41,665 nt of DNA from Thermoplasmata archaeon (GCA_030539515.1 JAUNXZ010000001.1:1-41665); one strand, 5' to 3'. Shown: positions 9,031-19,358, counted from the stretch's first letter. Numbers and translations are program-made. Notes: generated from the letters alone by a model not told the origin.

Positions 9031-10578
9031 ATGCGGTGGAAGGACATCCACGAGCGCTGCATCCGGTGGGAGAACACCACCGTGAAGATCCTCGGCCTCG
9101 TGGAGATGATGTTCGCGCTGCTCCTCCTGGTGCCTGCCGCGTTCACCCTGTACTACGGCGAGGACCCCCTGCCGTTCCTGGCGCCCATACCGCCGCTGAT
9201 GGTGCTCGGGTTCCTGCAGTACATGACCTGCATCGAGTCCAAGAACTTCCGCACCGTGAACGGCATCATCCTGGTGGCGCTGGTGTGGATGCTCATGTTC
9301 GCGATCTGCACCGTGCCGTACATCCTGTCCGGCATCGCCCCCGTCGACGCTGTGTTCGAGGCGGTGAGCGGCGTGACCACCACCGGCATCTCGGCGCTCG
9401 GTGAGATCGACTCGCTGGACACGAGCCTCATGATCTGGCGCTCCATGACGCAGTGGATCGGAGGTATCACCGTCGTCATCATCTTCCTGTACTTCCTGCC
9501 GATGGTGGGGTTCGGCCGCAGCCTCTTCCAGAACGAGCTGGCCGGGTCGGGGACGTCGAGCTTCACCCAGAGGACCAGCAAGGCCGCCAAGTCCTTCATC
9601 TTCATCTACATGCTCCTGAGCCTGGCGAACTTCGCCATACTCCTGGTCCTCGGCGTGAACTTCGTCGAGGCGCTGTGCCTCATGTTCACGACGATCTCGA
9701 CCGGCGGGCTGCTCATCATCAACTCCAGCATGGCCGTGTACTCGGACGCGGTCCAGTGGGTGACCATGCTGTTCATGTTCCTGGGAGGAACCAACTTCTA
9801 CCTGCACTACAGGATGATCTACCTCCGCGAGCGCAGGGTCTACCGCACCAACTCCGAGTTCCGCGTGATGATCGCCTGGTTCCTCGCGATCTCCGTCATC
9901 CTGTTCCTGTTCATGGTCCAGACCATGATGGCAGACGGCACCGACCTCACCCTGGAGAACTGCTACGTGACGTTCAAGAACGTCCTGTTCACCACCGTGT
10001 CCCTGGGGACCACCACCGGCTTCTACGTCGACGACTTCACGCTGTGGCCCTCCCAGTGCATGATCCTGCTGATGCTCGTGGCGGTCATCGGAGCGTCCAC
10101 CAGCTCCACCAGCGGAGGTATCAAGTTCAGCAGGCTGAGGATCATCTACGAGTACATCAAGAACGGATTCAGGGGGATCGTCCACACCAACGCCGTCTAC
10201 GCGGTGAAGATGGACGGGAAGACCGTGGACGACTCGCTCATCCAGTCCACCCTGGTGGTCTTCATGATGTACATGATGACCCTGACCATCGCCGCCGTGG
10301 TGTTCATGATCTACGGCTACGACATCGTGGACTCGTTCGGGCTGTCCATATCGGCGGTGTCCAACGGGGGCATGGGGTTCGGGAACTTCGGGCCCACCGG
10401 CAACTACCACGACCTGAGCACCGACCTGAAGGCCATCCTCATCGCCCTGATGTGGATCGGCCGTCTGGAGGTGGTCACCGCGGTCGTCATGTTCACGCCC
10501 GGGTTCTGGAAGGACGTGTGGCTGAACAGCCGGTCCAGGCGCATGGCCAAGCGCTACAGGGACAGGCAGGGACTCTGA
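9031..10578 (+). CDS. trkH: Trk potassium uptake membrane subunit TrkH
   Basis: FEAVSGVTTTG, WRSMTQWIGG, TISTGG, TTTGF, STSGGIK and LMWIGRLE motifs; multi-pass membrane protein. Confidence 0.95.
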   Translation: MRWKDIHERCIRWENTTVKILGLVEMMFALLLLVPAAFTLYYGEDPLPFLAPIPPLMVLGFLQYMTCIESKNFRTVNGIILVALVWMLMFAICTVPYILSGIAPVDAVFEAVSGVTTTGISALGEIDSLDTSLMIWRSMTQWIGGITVVIIFLYFLPMVGFGRSLFQNELAGSGTSSFTQRTSKAAKSFIFIYMLLSLANFAILLVLGVNFVEALCLMFTTISTGGLLIINSSMAVYSDAVQWVTMLFMFLGGTNFYLHYRMIYLRERRVYRTNSEFRVMIAWFLAISVILFLFMVQTMMADGTDLTLENCYVTFKNVLFTTVSLGTTTGFYVDDFTLWPSQCMILLMLVAVIGASTSSTSGGIKFSRLRIIYEYIKNGFRGIVHTNAVYAVKMDGKTVDDSLIQSTLVVFMMYMMTLTIAAVVFMIYGYDIVDSFGLSISAVSNGGMGFGNFGPTGNYHDLSTDLKAILIALMWIGRLEVVTAVVMFTPGFWKDVWLNSRSRRMAKRYRDRQGL

Positions 10579-10584
10579 GAGGGT

Positions 10585-11418
10585 TCAGTTGCCCTTGCAG
10601 TACGAGAGAACGTTGAGGGCCGCGCGGCTTCCCGGCGACGCCTCGTTAATCGCGCCGGCGACGATGCGGGCCTTGTCGTACTCGCCCCTCTCGGCCAGGC
10701 AGATCCCGAGGGTCTCCATGGCGCTGACGTTCTTGGGGTCGAGCTTGATCGCCCTGGTTGCGTACCCGGCGGCGGCCTTGTCGTTGCCGGACACGCGCAT
10801 GGCGTAGGCGGCGAGCGCGTTGGACGCGGCGGACTTGTCCTTGAGGCATCCCCTGACGTACTTCACGGCGTCCTTGTCGCGGCCGGCGAGCATCATCGAC
10901 GCGACGTACGCGCGGCGGACGTCGAAGTCGTCCGGCATCTCCTCCAGGAGGGCGGACGCGACGTCCACGGACGCGGAGTGGTTGCCCAGGGCGCTGAGCA
11001 CCTCGGACAGCATGACGCGGTCGAAGGGCTTCATGTCCTCGATCGAGCGTACCGCGTCCAGGGCCATCTCGTACTCGTCCATGTCCTCCAGGCACATGCA
11101 GGACAGGCGGCGCACGGAGTCGTCCGCCTCCATGCCGTTCAGGATGGCGTAGGCGCTGGACGGGTAGTCGAGCCCGCGGAGGGACCCGGCGACCTGGATG
11201 AGGTCGGACCTTTCGGACGGCAGCTCGGACATGAGGGACCTGAGGATCTCCTGGGAGACCTCCGTCTCGTCGAGGACCTTCAGGAGCGAGAGGCACTTGA
11301 TGCGGACGAACGGGTCGCTGCCCGAATCCGCTATCTCCTTCACCCTGCCGATCGCCTCGGGACCGCGCCCCTTGGCTATGAGCGTGCGTACCTCGTCGAA
11401 AGCTGCGTCTGCGTCCAT
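10585..11418 (-). CDS. Tetratricopeptide-repeat-like helical protein
   Basis: Ala/Leu-rich helical repeats, e.g. AAGYATRAIKLDPKNVSAMETLGICLAERGEYDKA; codon usage like neighbouring genes. Confidence 0.75.
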   Translation of the reverse strand: MDADAAFDEVRTLIAKGRGPEAIGRVKEIADSGSDPFVRIKCLSLLKVLDETEVSQEILRSLMSELPSERSDLIQVAGSLRGLDYPSSAYAILNGMEADDSVRRLSCMCLEDMDEYEMALDAVRSIEDMKPFDRVMLSEVLSALGNHSASVDVASALLEEMPDDFDVRRAYVASMMLAGRDKDAVKYVRGCLKDKSAASNALAAYAMRVSGNDKAAAGYATRAIKLDPKNVSAMETLGICLAERGEYDKARIVAGAINEASPGSRAALNVLSYCKGN

Positions 11419-11489
11419 CGGCCTCCCCGATGCACCACCTGGTTAAAAATCGCTGTGTTAAATACAGCAAAGGGCATTTCGGGACGACC

Positions 11490-12530
11490 ATGAAGATCAA
11501 GTCCATACACGTCTCGAAGCTGTTCAACGAGTACGACTACGACCTCGACCTGTGCGAGGGCCTCACGTTCGTCCACTCGCCGAACGGGATGGGCAAGAGC
11601 ACCCTCATGAGGATGGTCTACGCGGCTCTCCGCGGGGACGTCGGGTACCTGAGGGACACGCCCTTCGAGAGGATGGACATCGGGTTCGACGAGGGCTCCG
11701 TGCTCATCATCGAGAACTACCCCGGCAGCATGCTCGTCCAGATGAGGAGGAGCGAGGTCGACACGCCCATGTCCCCCTCGGACATGTCGCAGATCTGCGA
11801 GGCGGTGTACATCGCCCCGGACAGGATGCTCATGAAGAGGAAGGACGGCCACCTGGCGCCCACCCTCGAGGTGTTCGCCCAGGAGCTCCTGGAGACCATC
11901 AGGTACGCCAAGGAGCACAGGGAGCTGGAGCCCCACCCCAGGGACGACGTCCCGGACATGCCGGACGGGGACCTGGAGTTCTGGTGCAAGGACCTGAAGG
12001 CCAAGCTGGACTTCATCAAGGACGCCGGCTTCGAGCCGGACATACCCGCGGGCAAGAAGTTCCCGCCGTCCAGGTACGAGATCGGCAAGGACCGCGCCGG
12101 GTACGAGGAGCTGGCCTGCTCCGTTGCCGACTACGTCGAGCGCAACTACCTGCTCGCCGAGTCCATCATCATCTACAAGGACGTGGTCAACGAGATCTTC
12201 ATCAACAAGACCATCACCGTCTCCGACACCGGGAAGATCGGGGTCAGCATGAACAACGGCACAGCGCTCCAGGTCCAGAAGCTCTCCTCGGGGGAGAAGC
12301 AGATCCTGGTGCTCTTCTACGCGCTGCTGTTCCACGCCCCGCAGGGCTCCGTCGTGATCCTCGACGAGCCCGAGATCTCGCTGCACGTGAGCTGGCAGCA
12401 GAAGCTCGGGGACTACTTCCGCGACATCTGCCGCGTCCGCGGCATCCAGATGATCGTCGCGACGCACTCGCCCCAGATCATCCACGACAAGTGGGACTCC
12501 GCCAGGGAGCTGAGGCCGTCCGATGCGTGA
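11490..12530 (+). CDS. ABC-type ATPase (AAA_15/AAA_21-like; AriA/OLD-like)
   Basis: Walker A HSPNGMGKST, signature LSSGEKQ, Walker B ILDEPEISLH, H-loop ATHSP; no adjacent permease. Confidence 0.88.
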   Translation: MKIKSIHVSKLFNEYDYDLDLCEGLTFVHSPNGMGKSTLMRMVYAALRGDVGYLRDTPFERMDIGFDEGSVLIIENYPGSMLVQMRRSEVDTPMSPSDMSQICEAVYIAPDRMLMKRKDGHLAPTLEVFAQELLETIRYAKEHRELEPHPRDDVPDMPDGDLEFWCKDLKAKLDFIKDAGFEPDIPAGKKFPPSRYEIGKDRAGYEELACSVADYVERNYLLAESIIIYKDVVNEIFINKTITVSDTGKIGVSMNNGTALQVQKLSSGEKQILVLFYALLFHAPQGSVVILDEPEISLHVSWQQKLGDYFRDICRVRGIQMIVATHSPQIIHDKWDSARELRPSDA

Positions 12531-13386
12531 GTACCTCACGTCGGAGGACATCTGCAACCAGCTCTGCATGGAGAGGACCGTCTTCGACGGCGTGTTCCTC
12601 GTGGTGGAGGGCATAACGGACAGCAGGCTGTTCGGGAAGTTCGCCGACAGGGACGGCGTGCAGATACACATCGCCCACTCCAAGGACAACGTGCGCAACG
12701 TGGTCCGCGAGATGTCCGGAAAGCGCAGGGACGACCGCACCATGGGCATCGTCGACCCGGACCTGGAGAGGCTCCGCGGCCGGTCCGCCAAGCCGCCCAT
12801 GTTCTACACCGACTGCCGCGACATGGAGATGATGATCATCCGGAGCAACGCGCTGGACGACGTCATCGACGAGTACGGGGACAGGGAGAAGGTCGAGAGG
12901 TTCGAGGAGCGCGTGGGCCCGATCAGGGATGCGCTGATCTCGGCCAGCTACCCCGTCGGGATGCTGATGTACGTTTCGCAGACAAGGGGGCTCAACCTGA
13001 GCTTCAAGGACCTGGACTTCTCCAGGTTCATCAACGCCCAGACCCTGAGCCTGGACGCGTCCGCGATGGTCAACGAGGTGCTGGCCAACTCGCGCTCGGT
13101 CCGCGTAGGGAGGAAGGAGATCCTCAGGACGCTGGACATGGAGTGCGGCCAGCTGGACGACATGTGGAAGGCCGCCAGGGGCCACGACACCGTGGACATC
13201 CTGCTGATCGGCCTGCGCCGCGGTTTCGGCGGGTTCAACGCCTCCGGGCTGAACGAGGGCGAGCTGGGCGGTGCGCTCAGGCTCGCGTTCTCCGACGCGT
13301 GCTTCGCGGAGACGGACCTCTACAAAGACACCGACGCCTGGGCCGCGGAGGCCGGCGTGGTCCTCTGGACGCTCAATCGGAGCCGA
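12523..13386 (+). CDS. DUF4435-like TOPRIM-fold protein (AriB-like)
   Basis: TOPRIM-type VVEGITD and GIVDPD, plus RDMEMM and RGHD; coupled to the ATPase by overlap. End at CGA 13384-13386; standard TGA at 13396-13398. Confidence 0.75.
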
Positions 13387-13624
13387 AGTCCTCGGTGACC
13401 GGGCCGTCGGCGGTCTCGATTATCTTCTGTATGCGTCTCTGGCCGTCGTCGAGGATGGCCTTGCAGTGCTGCCTCAGCACCACCGCCCTCTCGTAGATCT
13501 CCAGGCTCCTGTCGAGGTCGGTCCCTCCGGCCTCGAGCTCCTGCACCAGGTCCTCGAGCGCCTTTATGGCGACCTCGAAGCTCATCTGCGAGACCTCCTC
13601 CCTGAACTGCTCCATGTCTGTCAT
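13373..13624 (-). CDS. xseB: Exodeoxyribonuclease VII small subunit
   Basis: MSFEVAIKALEDLVQELEAGGTDLDRSLEIYERAVVLRQHCKAILDDGQRRI; ATGA overlap with xseA. Confidence 0.9.
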   Translation of the reverse strand: MTDMEQFREEVSQMSFEVAIKALEDLVQELEAGGTDLDRSLEIYERAVVLRQHCKAILDDGQRRIQKIIETADGPVTEDFGSD

Positions 13625-15027
13625 CTCCTCTCCTCCCTGATCTCCCTGACCGATGTCCTTGCCGTCCCGTCCCTGAGGCGGACGTCCAGCCTCTGGCCGA
13701 CTATTATCCCGGACACGGACGTGACGGCCCTGCCGTCCGGCCCGATGACTATCCCGTAGCCGCGCTCCATGACCCTGGTGGGGTTGAGCGACTCCAGGCT
13801 GACGGACGCGCGCGAGAGCCTGCCGTCCGCGGATGCCAGCGCCGCCTCGGAGGCGTGCGCGGTGGATGTGAAGAGCTTTTCGGCGGAGGCCCTCCTGAGG
13901 TCGATGTCCCTCAGCGCAGACTGGGGCGAAAGCCTCCCGTAGACGGACTCGAGGCGCGATTCCAGCGCGTCCAGGTCCCTGACGGCCGCGGACGGCGATA
14001 TCCTCGCGTCGGCGAGGGCGAAGCGGCCGCGCATTGCCTCCAATTGGGACTCCAGCGCCCTCGTGGCCCTGGCGGAAAGCTCCTCGAGCGTCATGGACCT
14101 CATGTCCATGTCCCTGGAGGCGCTCTCCGGCGAGAGCCTGGCGTCCAGCACCTCGAACCTCGACCGCATCCTGTCCATCACGGCGTTCAGCGCCTTCGCC
14201 GCCGATGCGGCGTAGCGGTCGAGCTGCGAGCGGATCTCCGCCCTGTCCCTCAGTATGAGCGCGGCCGCGCCGGTGGGCGTGGGCGCCCTGGCGTCGGCGA
14301 CGAAGTCCGCTATGGTGAAGTCCGTCTCGTGCCCAACGGCGGAGACCACGGGCGTGCGGCACTCCGCTATGGCGCGTGCCACGGGCTCCTCGTTGAAGGG
14401 CCACAGGTCCTCCAGGGACCCGCCTCCCCTCCCGACTATGATAACGTCCACCCCGTAGGAGTCCAGCAGGCGGATCCCGGCGACGATGGTAGCCGCGGCG
14501 CCCTCCCCCTGGACCTTCGCCGGAGCGAGGATTATGTCCGCCGGGAACCTGGACGCGGACGTGGTGATGATGTCGTGTATCACCGCCCCGGACTCCGATG
14601 TGACCACGCCGATCCTCCCCGGATAAGCGGGCAGGGGCCTCTTCCTCGACTGGTCGAAGAGCCCCTCGGCCTGCAGCCTGGCCTTGAGCTCGGCGAACTG
14701 CTGGTAGAGCTCGCCGATGCCGGACTGCCTCATGGTCTCGACCTTGAACTGGTACGAGCCGCGCTGGACGTAGATGTCCAGGCTGCCGAAGGCCTGGACC
14801 TTCATGTTCTCCGCCGGCTCGAAGGACATCCTGGCGCGGGATCCCGCGAAGAGCACGGCGTTGACCTGGCTCCCGGCGTCCTTCAGGACGAAGTAGTAGT
14901 GGCCGGAAGCGTACCTCTTGAGGTTCGAGATCTCCCCGACCACCCACACGTCGTTGAGGTCCGGCGACCTCTTGAGGACGCCCTGGGCCTTCGTGTTCAG
15001 CTGGGTGACGGTCAGCGGCTCCTCCAT
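13621..15027 (-). CDS. xseA: Exodeoxyribonuclease VII large subunit
   Basis: VWVVGEISN, SGHYYFVLKD, GRGGGSLEDLWPFNEE, SAVGHETD, RAPTPTGAA, LNPTRVMERGY. Confidence 0.96.
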   Translation of the reverse strand: MEEPLTVTQLNTKAQGVLKRSPDLNDVWVVGEISNLKRYASGHYYFVLKDAGSQVNAVLFAGSRARMSFEPAENMKVQAFGSLDIYVQRGSYQFKVETMRQSGIGELYQQFAELKARLQAEGLFDQSRKRPLPAYPGRIGVVTSESGAVIHDIITTSASRFPADIILAPAKVQGEGAAATIVAGIRLLDSYGVDVIIVGRGGGSLEDLWPFNEEPVARAIAECRTPVVSAVGHETDFTIADFVADARAPTPTGAAALILRDRAEIRSQLDRYAASAAKALNAVMDRMRSRFEVLDARLSPESASRDMDMRSMTLEELSARATRALESQLEAMRGRFALADARISPSAAVRDLDALESRLESVYGRLSPQSALRDIDLRRASAEKLFTSTAHASEAALASADGRLSRASVSLESLNPTRVMERGYGIVIGPDGRAVTSVSGIIVGQRLDVRLRDGTARTSVREIREERR

Positions 15028-15156
15028 GCACGGGCGATGCGCGAGGGGCTATTTGCCACCTCGTCCGCCCTCCCACACGGTGCGATGCCGCGCCGGCCGC
15101 GGAGGCCGAGCCCGGACTGCGAAAGTGCTTAAACCATGCGATGCATCGGAGCCATC

Positions 15157-15588
15157 ATGGACAGGGATGCCATCCTAGCGAGGATGTCCGACGACGCGAA
15201 GCCGTACATAGACGCCATAGTGGACATGTACGAGGCCCCGTTCGCCAGGTACATCGGCATAGAGATCGAGTCCCTGGAGAAGGACAGGGCCGTCTGCTCC
15301 CTGGAGCTCCGCCCGGAGCTCATGAACAGCATGGGCAGGGGCCACGGCGGCGCGGTCTACGCGCTGATCGACCACACCTTCGCCATAGCCTGCAACATGT
15401 CGCACCCCTCCACCGGCCAGTCCAACAACGTGGTGTTCTACCGCCCCGCGTCCGGCAAGCTGACCGCCGTGTGCGTGCCGATCAACCGCTCCAGGTCGCT
15501 GGAGATGTACGACGTCCGCGTCCTGAACGGGGAGGGCAAGCTCGTCGCGTCCTCGACGTGCACCGCGTTCGTCCTCAGGAGCGAGTGA
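15157..15588 (+). CDS. PaaI family hotdog-fold thioesterase
   Basis: NSMGRGHGGAVYALID motif. The upstream ATG at 15136 is followed immediately by CGA, so the start is placed at 15157. Confidence 0.85.
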   Translation: MDRDAILARMSDDAKPYIDAIVDMYEAPFARYIGIEIESLEKDRAVCSLELRPELMNSMGRGHGGAVYALIDHTFAIACNMSHPSTGQSNNVVFYRPASGKLTAVCVPINRSRSLEMYDVRVLNGEGKLVASSTCTAFVLRSE

Positions 15589-15589
15589 C

Positions 15590-16018
15590 ATGGCCGACAG
15601 GCGCTGCCCCAACTGCGGCGAGCTGGTGCCGTCCAACAGCATCACCTGCCCCAAGTGCTTCAAGAAGATCCCGGTGGAGCCCGAGCCCATCCGCGAGGAG
15701 AGGTCCTCCGGGTCCGGCAAGCGCAGGGTGCCCTGGACGCCGAACATCAAGATCGCGTTCATCCTGGACATCGTCCTGGGATTCTTCGGGCTCCTCGGCG
15801 TGGGACAGCTCTACTGCGGGAAGCGCCGCGGGTTCGTGTTCCTGGTGCTGGGGCTGCTGTTCTTCGTGTGCGGGGCGCTGCTCATCTGGGTGATCCCGCC
15901 GTTCTCGCTCATCCTGGCGATGCCGTTCATGATCCTGTACGTGATCCTGTACCTCGGCGCGCTGGCGGACCTATTCTTAGGTTCTGCGGACATCCGCTTC
16001 TCGGCGCTGTCACGCTAA
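15590..16018 (+). CDS. Zinc-ribbon membrane protein (TM2-like C-terminus)
   Basis: CPNCG..CPKC followed by hydrophobic helices with GLLGVGQLYCG. Confidence 0.8.
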   Translation: MADRRCPNCGELVPSNSITCPKCFKKIPVEPEPIREERSSGSGKRRVPWTPNIKIAFILDIVLGFFGLLGVGQLYCGKRRGFVFLVLGLLFFVCGALLIWVIPPFSLILAMPFMILYVILYLGALADLFLGSADIRFSALSR

Positions 16019-16561
16019 GCCGTTCCGCCTGAGCACCATAAGGACCGACGCGGACATCTGCGCCAGGTGGATGGCCCTGCGGCCGTCGCCGACCTCGGCG
16101 GGGTCCCCCGGGCACAACGTTTGGTAAGCGGAGCGGATGAGCTCGTGGTCCCTCTCCTGGGGCCCCCTCAGCTCCTGCGGCAGGCGCATGGATATCGACG
16201 GGAGCAGCGTCAGGTTCCTGGCCGCGTCCCAGGGCTCGAAGCTGAGGAACCTCCCGAATGTGAACCCCACGTTGTACGCGGTACACTCCCTGCCGAAGAG
16301 GAGGTTCTGGAAGTCGGACACCACGCGGGCCGGGTCGCTCCCGGCGTAGAGGTCCTCCGGCTCGATGCCGTAGCACTCCTGCATGTAGTCCAGGGGCTCC
16401 TTGCCGAGGTCCCTGGGGTCGAGCGCGATGCCGTCGCAGTACACGGTGTCGAAGTCCGACCCGTCCGCCAGGACGCGGCAGACGGCGATCTCCGCAACCG
16501 CATCCTCCGGTACCCCCCTGGGCCCGGTCACGGCAACCTCCACCACGTACGCGTCGTCCAT
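16010..16561 (-). CDS. Degenerate DEDD 3'-5' exonuclease-like protein (paralogue of 25331-25990)
   Basis: Aligns by eye with the intact paralogue (YVVEVAVTG vs YVLDTETTG; TAYNVGFTFGRFL vs TAYNTGYDFGKFL; RRAIHLA vs HRALSDA), but the acidic catalytic residues are replaced. Confidence 0.7.
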   Translation of the reverse strand: MDDAYVVEVAVTGPRGVPEDAVAEIAVCRVLADGSDFDTVYCDGIALDPRDLGKEPLDYMQECYGIEPEDLYAGSDPARVVSDFQNLLFGRECTAYNVGFTFGRFLSFEPWDAARNLTLLPSISMRLPQELRGPQERDHELIRSAYQTLCPGDPAEVGDGRRAIHLAQMSASVLMVLRRNGLA

Positions 16562-16703
16562 GCCGGGTGGATGGGCGAACGCCGATATGGGGTTTTGTCC
16601 GATGGATAACAGAGATTACCCGGATAACAGCCAGCAGTTCATGTACTCCGGACGCGTGGGGTGACTGCTCATAAGACATGAGGGCATACGGGGGAACGTT
16701 AGC

Positions 16704-19358
16704 ATGCGGCGGCTCAAGACCATAGACGAGATCTACGAGGAGGTCAGGGGATGCGGACTGGTCATAACCAACGACATCTCGCTGGAGACCGCACTCAACT
16801 CGAGGATATCCGAGCCGCGCATCGGACCGCTGGCGAAGACGCCCATGCACATCGCGCAGATCCTGGCGCCCGCGATACTCGGAAGGTCCACCATGACAGA
16901 CCTGGAGCTCATCGCCGCTGTGTCCGAGGAGACAGGCTACGGCTTCCGCCACGTGTACAGCGAGATCCTGAACATCCGCGAGATCCGCAGGCACACCGAG
17001 GACGTCGCCGGGGCGCTCACCGGCCGCTCGGCCAGGAACATCTGGGAGTCGTACTCGAGGATGCCCACCCTGGAGAACGCCATGGCCGCCCTGGACGTGG
17101 AGGACCCCCGTGTCTCGTGGTACTTCGAGAAGCCCGGCGGCGTCGCCGTGGTCGGGCTCGACCTTTTCAACGACCTGGACAAGCACTGCGTGCCCTTCGA
17201 CTTCCAGGACGTGGACATCTTCACCGACGGCGAGTTCGAGATGGGGGAGATCCGCATCGTCGGCAACGACCGCCTGCTCGCCGAGAACGCCGTGGACCTC
17301 GTCGACCGGGAGCACGCGTCCGACTACGCCATTGTGATGAGCTCCTCGTCGCCCATAGCGGACGCCGTCCGCTCGGCGCTGTACAGGCGCCGGCTCCCGT
17401 TCGTAAACTCGCTGACGGTCAGGGACCTGGCCCCGATAAGGGACTACCTGAGCTTCCTGACCCTGTCGCTCTCCTACAGCACCCTGCGCGTGAAGGCCGT
17501 CAAGGAGCTGTTCTCCACCTACGGCGGAACGTTCTCGCCCAGGCGCGACGGCTACCTGCTGAGCAGGCAGACCGACGAGGACATGCGCGAGCGCTCGGCG
17601 CAGCTGCGCAACGTCATGCGCTCCGTGGCCGAGGACGGCATGACCTTCGGGGAGGTGGCCGACGAGATCGTCTCCAACAAGGACCGCGGCCTCCTGAGCA
17701 TGCTGCTCGACGAGCTGGACGTCGGGGACAGGATAGTCACCCCCGAGCGCGTCTCCGAGGTCAGGTTCGCCGTGGACAACGTCCAGGAGCTCAAGCACAA
17801 CGAGCAGATCCCGGACGACGAGAAGACCGGCGTGCTGCTAGCGGACTGCAGGAACTCGGTGTTCGTGGACAAGCCCGTGGTGATATACCTCGGACTGGGC
17901 CAAGACTGGACCATCCCGGTGGTCGGGAGGCGCTACATCGACGCCGAGCGCGAGTCCGAGGTCAACGCCATGAGGCTGGAGGCCCTCGTCCAGCAGGGCC
18001 AGAGGCGCGTCTACTGCGCCAACGCCGTCAAGGCGGGGAAGCCCGCGGCGCCCTGCATGACGTTCGACACCCTGGTCGGGAGGCCGGTCGAGAGGTTCGA
18101 GGACCTGGCCCCGTCCGTGATCCGCGGCAGGTGGGCACCCGCCCGCGAGGAGGCCGTCCACGGCGTGGACGCCGCGGCCTCGGACAGGCCCGCGGACATA
18201 CTGTTCACCAAATCCAGCTTCAACGCCTACGCGGCCTGCCCGCGCAGGTTCCTGTTCCACCTGACGCTGAAGACCCCGGACCGCACCTACACCGAGTTCG
18301 GGAACCTGGTCCACGAGTTCGCGGAGCTGTACGCCTGCTATCCAGACCTCGTGAGGGAGAGGGGCGTGGACGACTTCGTCAACATGGTCTCGGACCGCTA
18401 CTCCGGGCTGTCGACGCCGCTGATGGAGAAGCTGGACTCCGAGAGGATCCGCGTGGCCATGGTCAACACCATGCGCTACCTGGACATGGCCGGGGTCCGC
18501 GCTCCCCTGAACGTGCCGTGCGCTTCCAAGAGCCACCCCAACCGCTTCATGCAGGAGCTGGGGCTGGAGATGACCAGTGACGTCTGCGAGGGCGACCACC
18601 GCTCCTCCAGGCACCCGATGCACGGGATTTTCGACCTGCTGTGGAACGGCGACGTCACCGACTACAAGACCGGGAAGGCCAAGGACGGGAAGAGGATGGC
18701 CGCGGCAATGAGCCTGGACGAGGTGGACGACTACTCCGAGTTCCAGCCCATGATCTACCTGGCGCTCGCGTCGGAGGCCGAGGGCGCCAGCCCCGTGTTC
18801 AGGCAGTTCTACGCCCTGGACAACGACATCGTGTCCTCCGACGAGTCCTTCGACGTCTCCAGGAACGTCCGCACCGTGTCCCTGTGCGCGGGCGGGCTGG
18901 AGGACGCCCTCTCCTCGCCCAGGTTCCTGGAGTTCTACGAATCCAAGCTCCCTAAGGCGATGAAGGGCCGCGCGAAGGCCATCGTCGACGCGCTCACCCC
19001 GATCCCGCCGAACCCTGACGGGTGGAAGGACGACCCCGTCCTCCAGCTGTGCGTGCTGCAGGCCTGCGGCATGGGGGACAACAAGACCAACAGGACCGCA
19101 GCGTCCGGCGCCCTGAGGAACCTGGCGCTGCTCGTGAAGGGCGGGATGACGTTCTCCGATTCCGACGTGTGCATACCCGTGGGGATGCTCGACAGGTTCC
19201 TGGACGAGCTGGACGGGATGCACGCCGAGATGGTGGAGCGTATGGAGACCGGCCTGCCGGCCGTCCCGAACGGGAAGGTCAACTGCATGAACTGCACCTA
19301 CTTCCAGGCGTGCACACGCAGCTCCGAGGCCGCGGAGGAGGGCGGGGACGATGAGTGA
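16704..19358 (+). CDS. AddB/RexB-like subunit: inactive helicase-like region plus PD-(D/E)XK nuclease with Fe-S staple
   Basis: SSFNAYAACPRRF, FGNLVHE, HGIFDLL..DYKTG and C-terminal CMNCTYFQAC; precedes a UvrD-like gene. Confidence 0.8.
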   Translation: MRRLKTIDEIYEEVRGCGLVITNDISLETALNSRISEPRIGPLAKTPMHIAQILAPAILGRSTMTDLELIAAVSEETGYGFRHVYSEILNIREIRRHTEDVAGALTGRSARNIWESYSRMPTLENAMAALDVEDPRVSWYFEKPGGVAVVGLDLFNDLDKHCVPFDFQDVDIFTDGEFEMGEIRIVGNDRLLAENAVDLVDREHASDYAIVMSSSSPIADAVRSALYRRRLPFVNSLTVRDLAPIRDYLSFLTLSLSYSTLRVKAVKELFSTYGGTFSPRRDGYLLSRQTDEDMRERSAQLRNVMRSVAEDGMTFGEVADEIVSNKDRGLLSMLLDELDVGDRIVTPERVSEVRFAVDNVQELKHNEQIPDDEKTGVLLADCRNSVFVDKPVVIYLGLGQDWTIPVVGRRYIDAERESEVNAMRLEALVQQGQRRVYCANAVKAGKPAAPCMTFDTLVGRPVERFEDLAPSVIRGRWAPAREEAVHGVDAAASDRPADILFTKSSFNAYAACPRRFLFHLTLKTPDRTYTEFGNLVHEFAELYACYPDLVRERGVDDFVNMVSDRYSGLSTPLMEKLDSERIRVAMVNTMRYLDMAGVRAPLNVPCASKSHPNRFMQELGLEMTSDVCEGDHRSSRHPMHGIFDLLWNGDVTDYKTGKAKDGKRMAAAMSLDEVDDYSEFQPMIYLALASEAEGASPVFRQFYALDNDIVSSDESFDVSRNVRTVSLCAGGLEDALSSPRFLEFYESKLPKAMKGRAKAIVDALTPIPPNPDGWKDDPVLQLCVLQACGMGDNKTNRTAASGALRNLALLVKGGMTFSDSDVCIPVGMLDRFLDELDGMHAEMVERMETGLPAVPNGKVNCMNCTYFQACTRSSEAAEEGGDDE

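Noticed and set aside
16604-16630. Direct repeat GGATAACAG x2 in the divergent promoter region before the addB-like gene
   Set aside because: Only two 9-nt copies and not seen elsewhere; could be an operator but there is too little support.
12781-16712. CGG as an additional stop or reassigned codon
   Set aside because: CGG occurs inside conserved coding regions (DUF4435 at 12781, addB-like codons 2-3, nre, xseA, ppx, sfsA), so it behaves as a sense codon.
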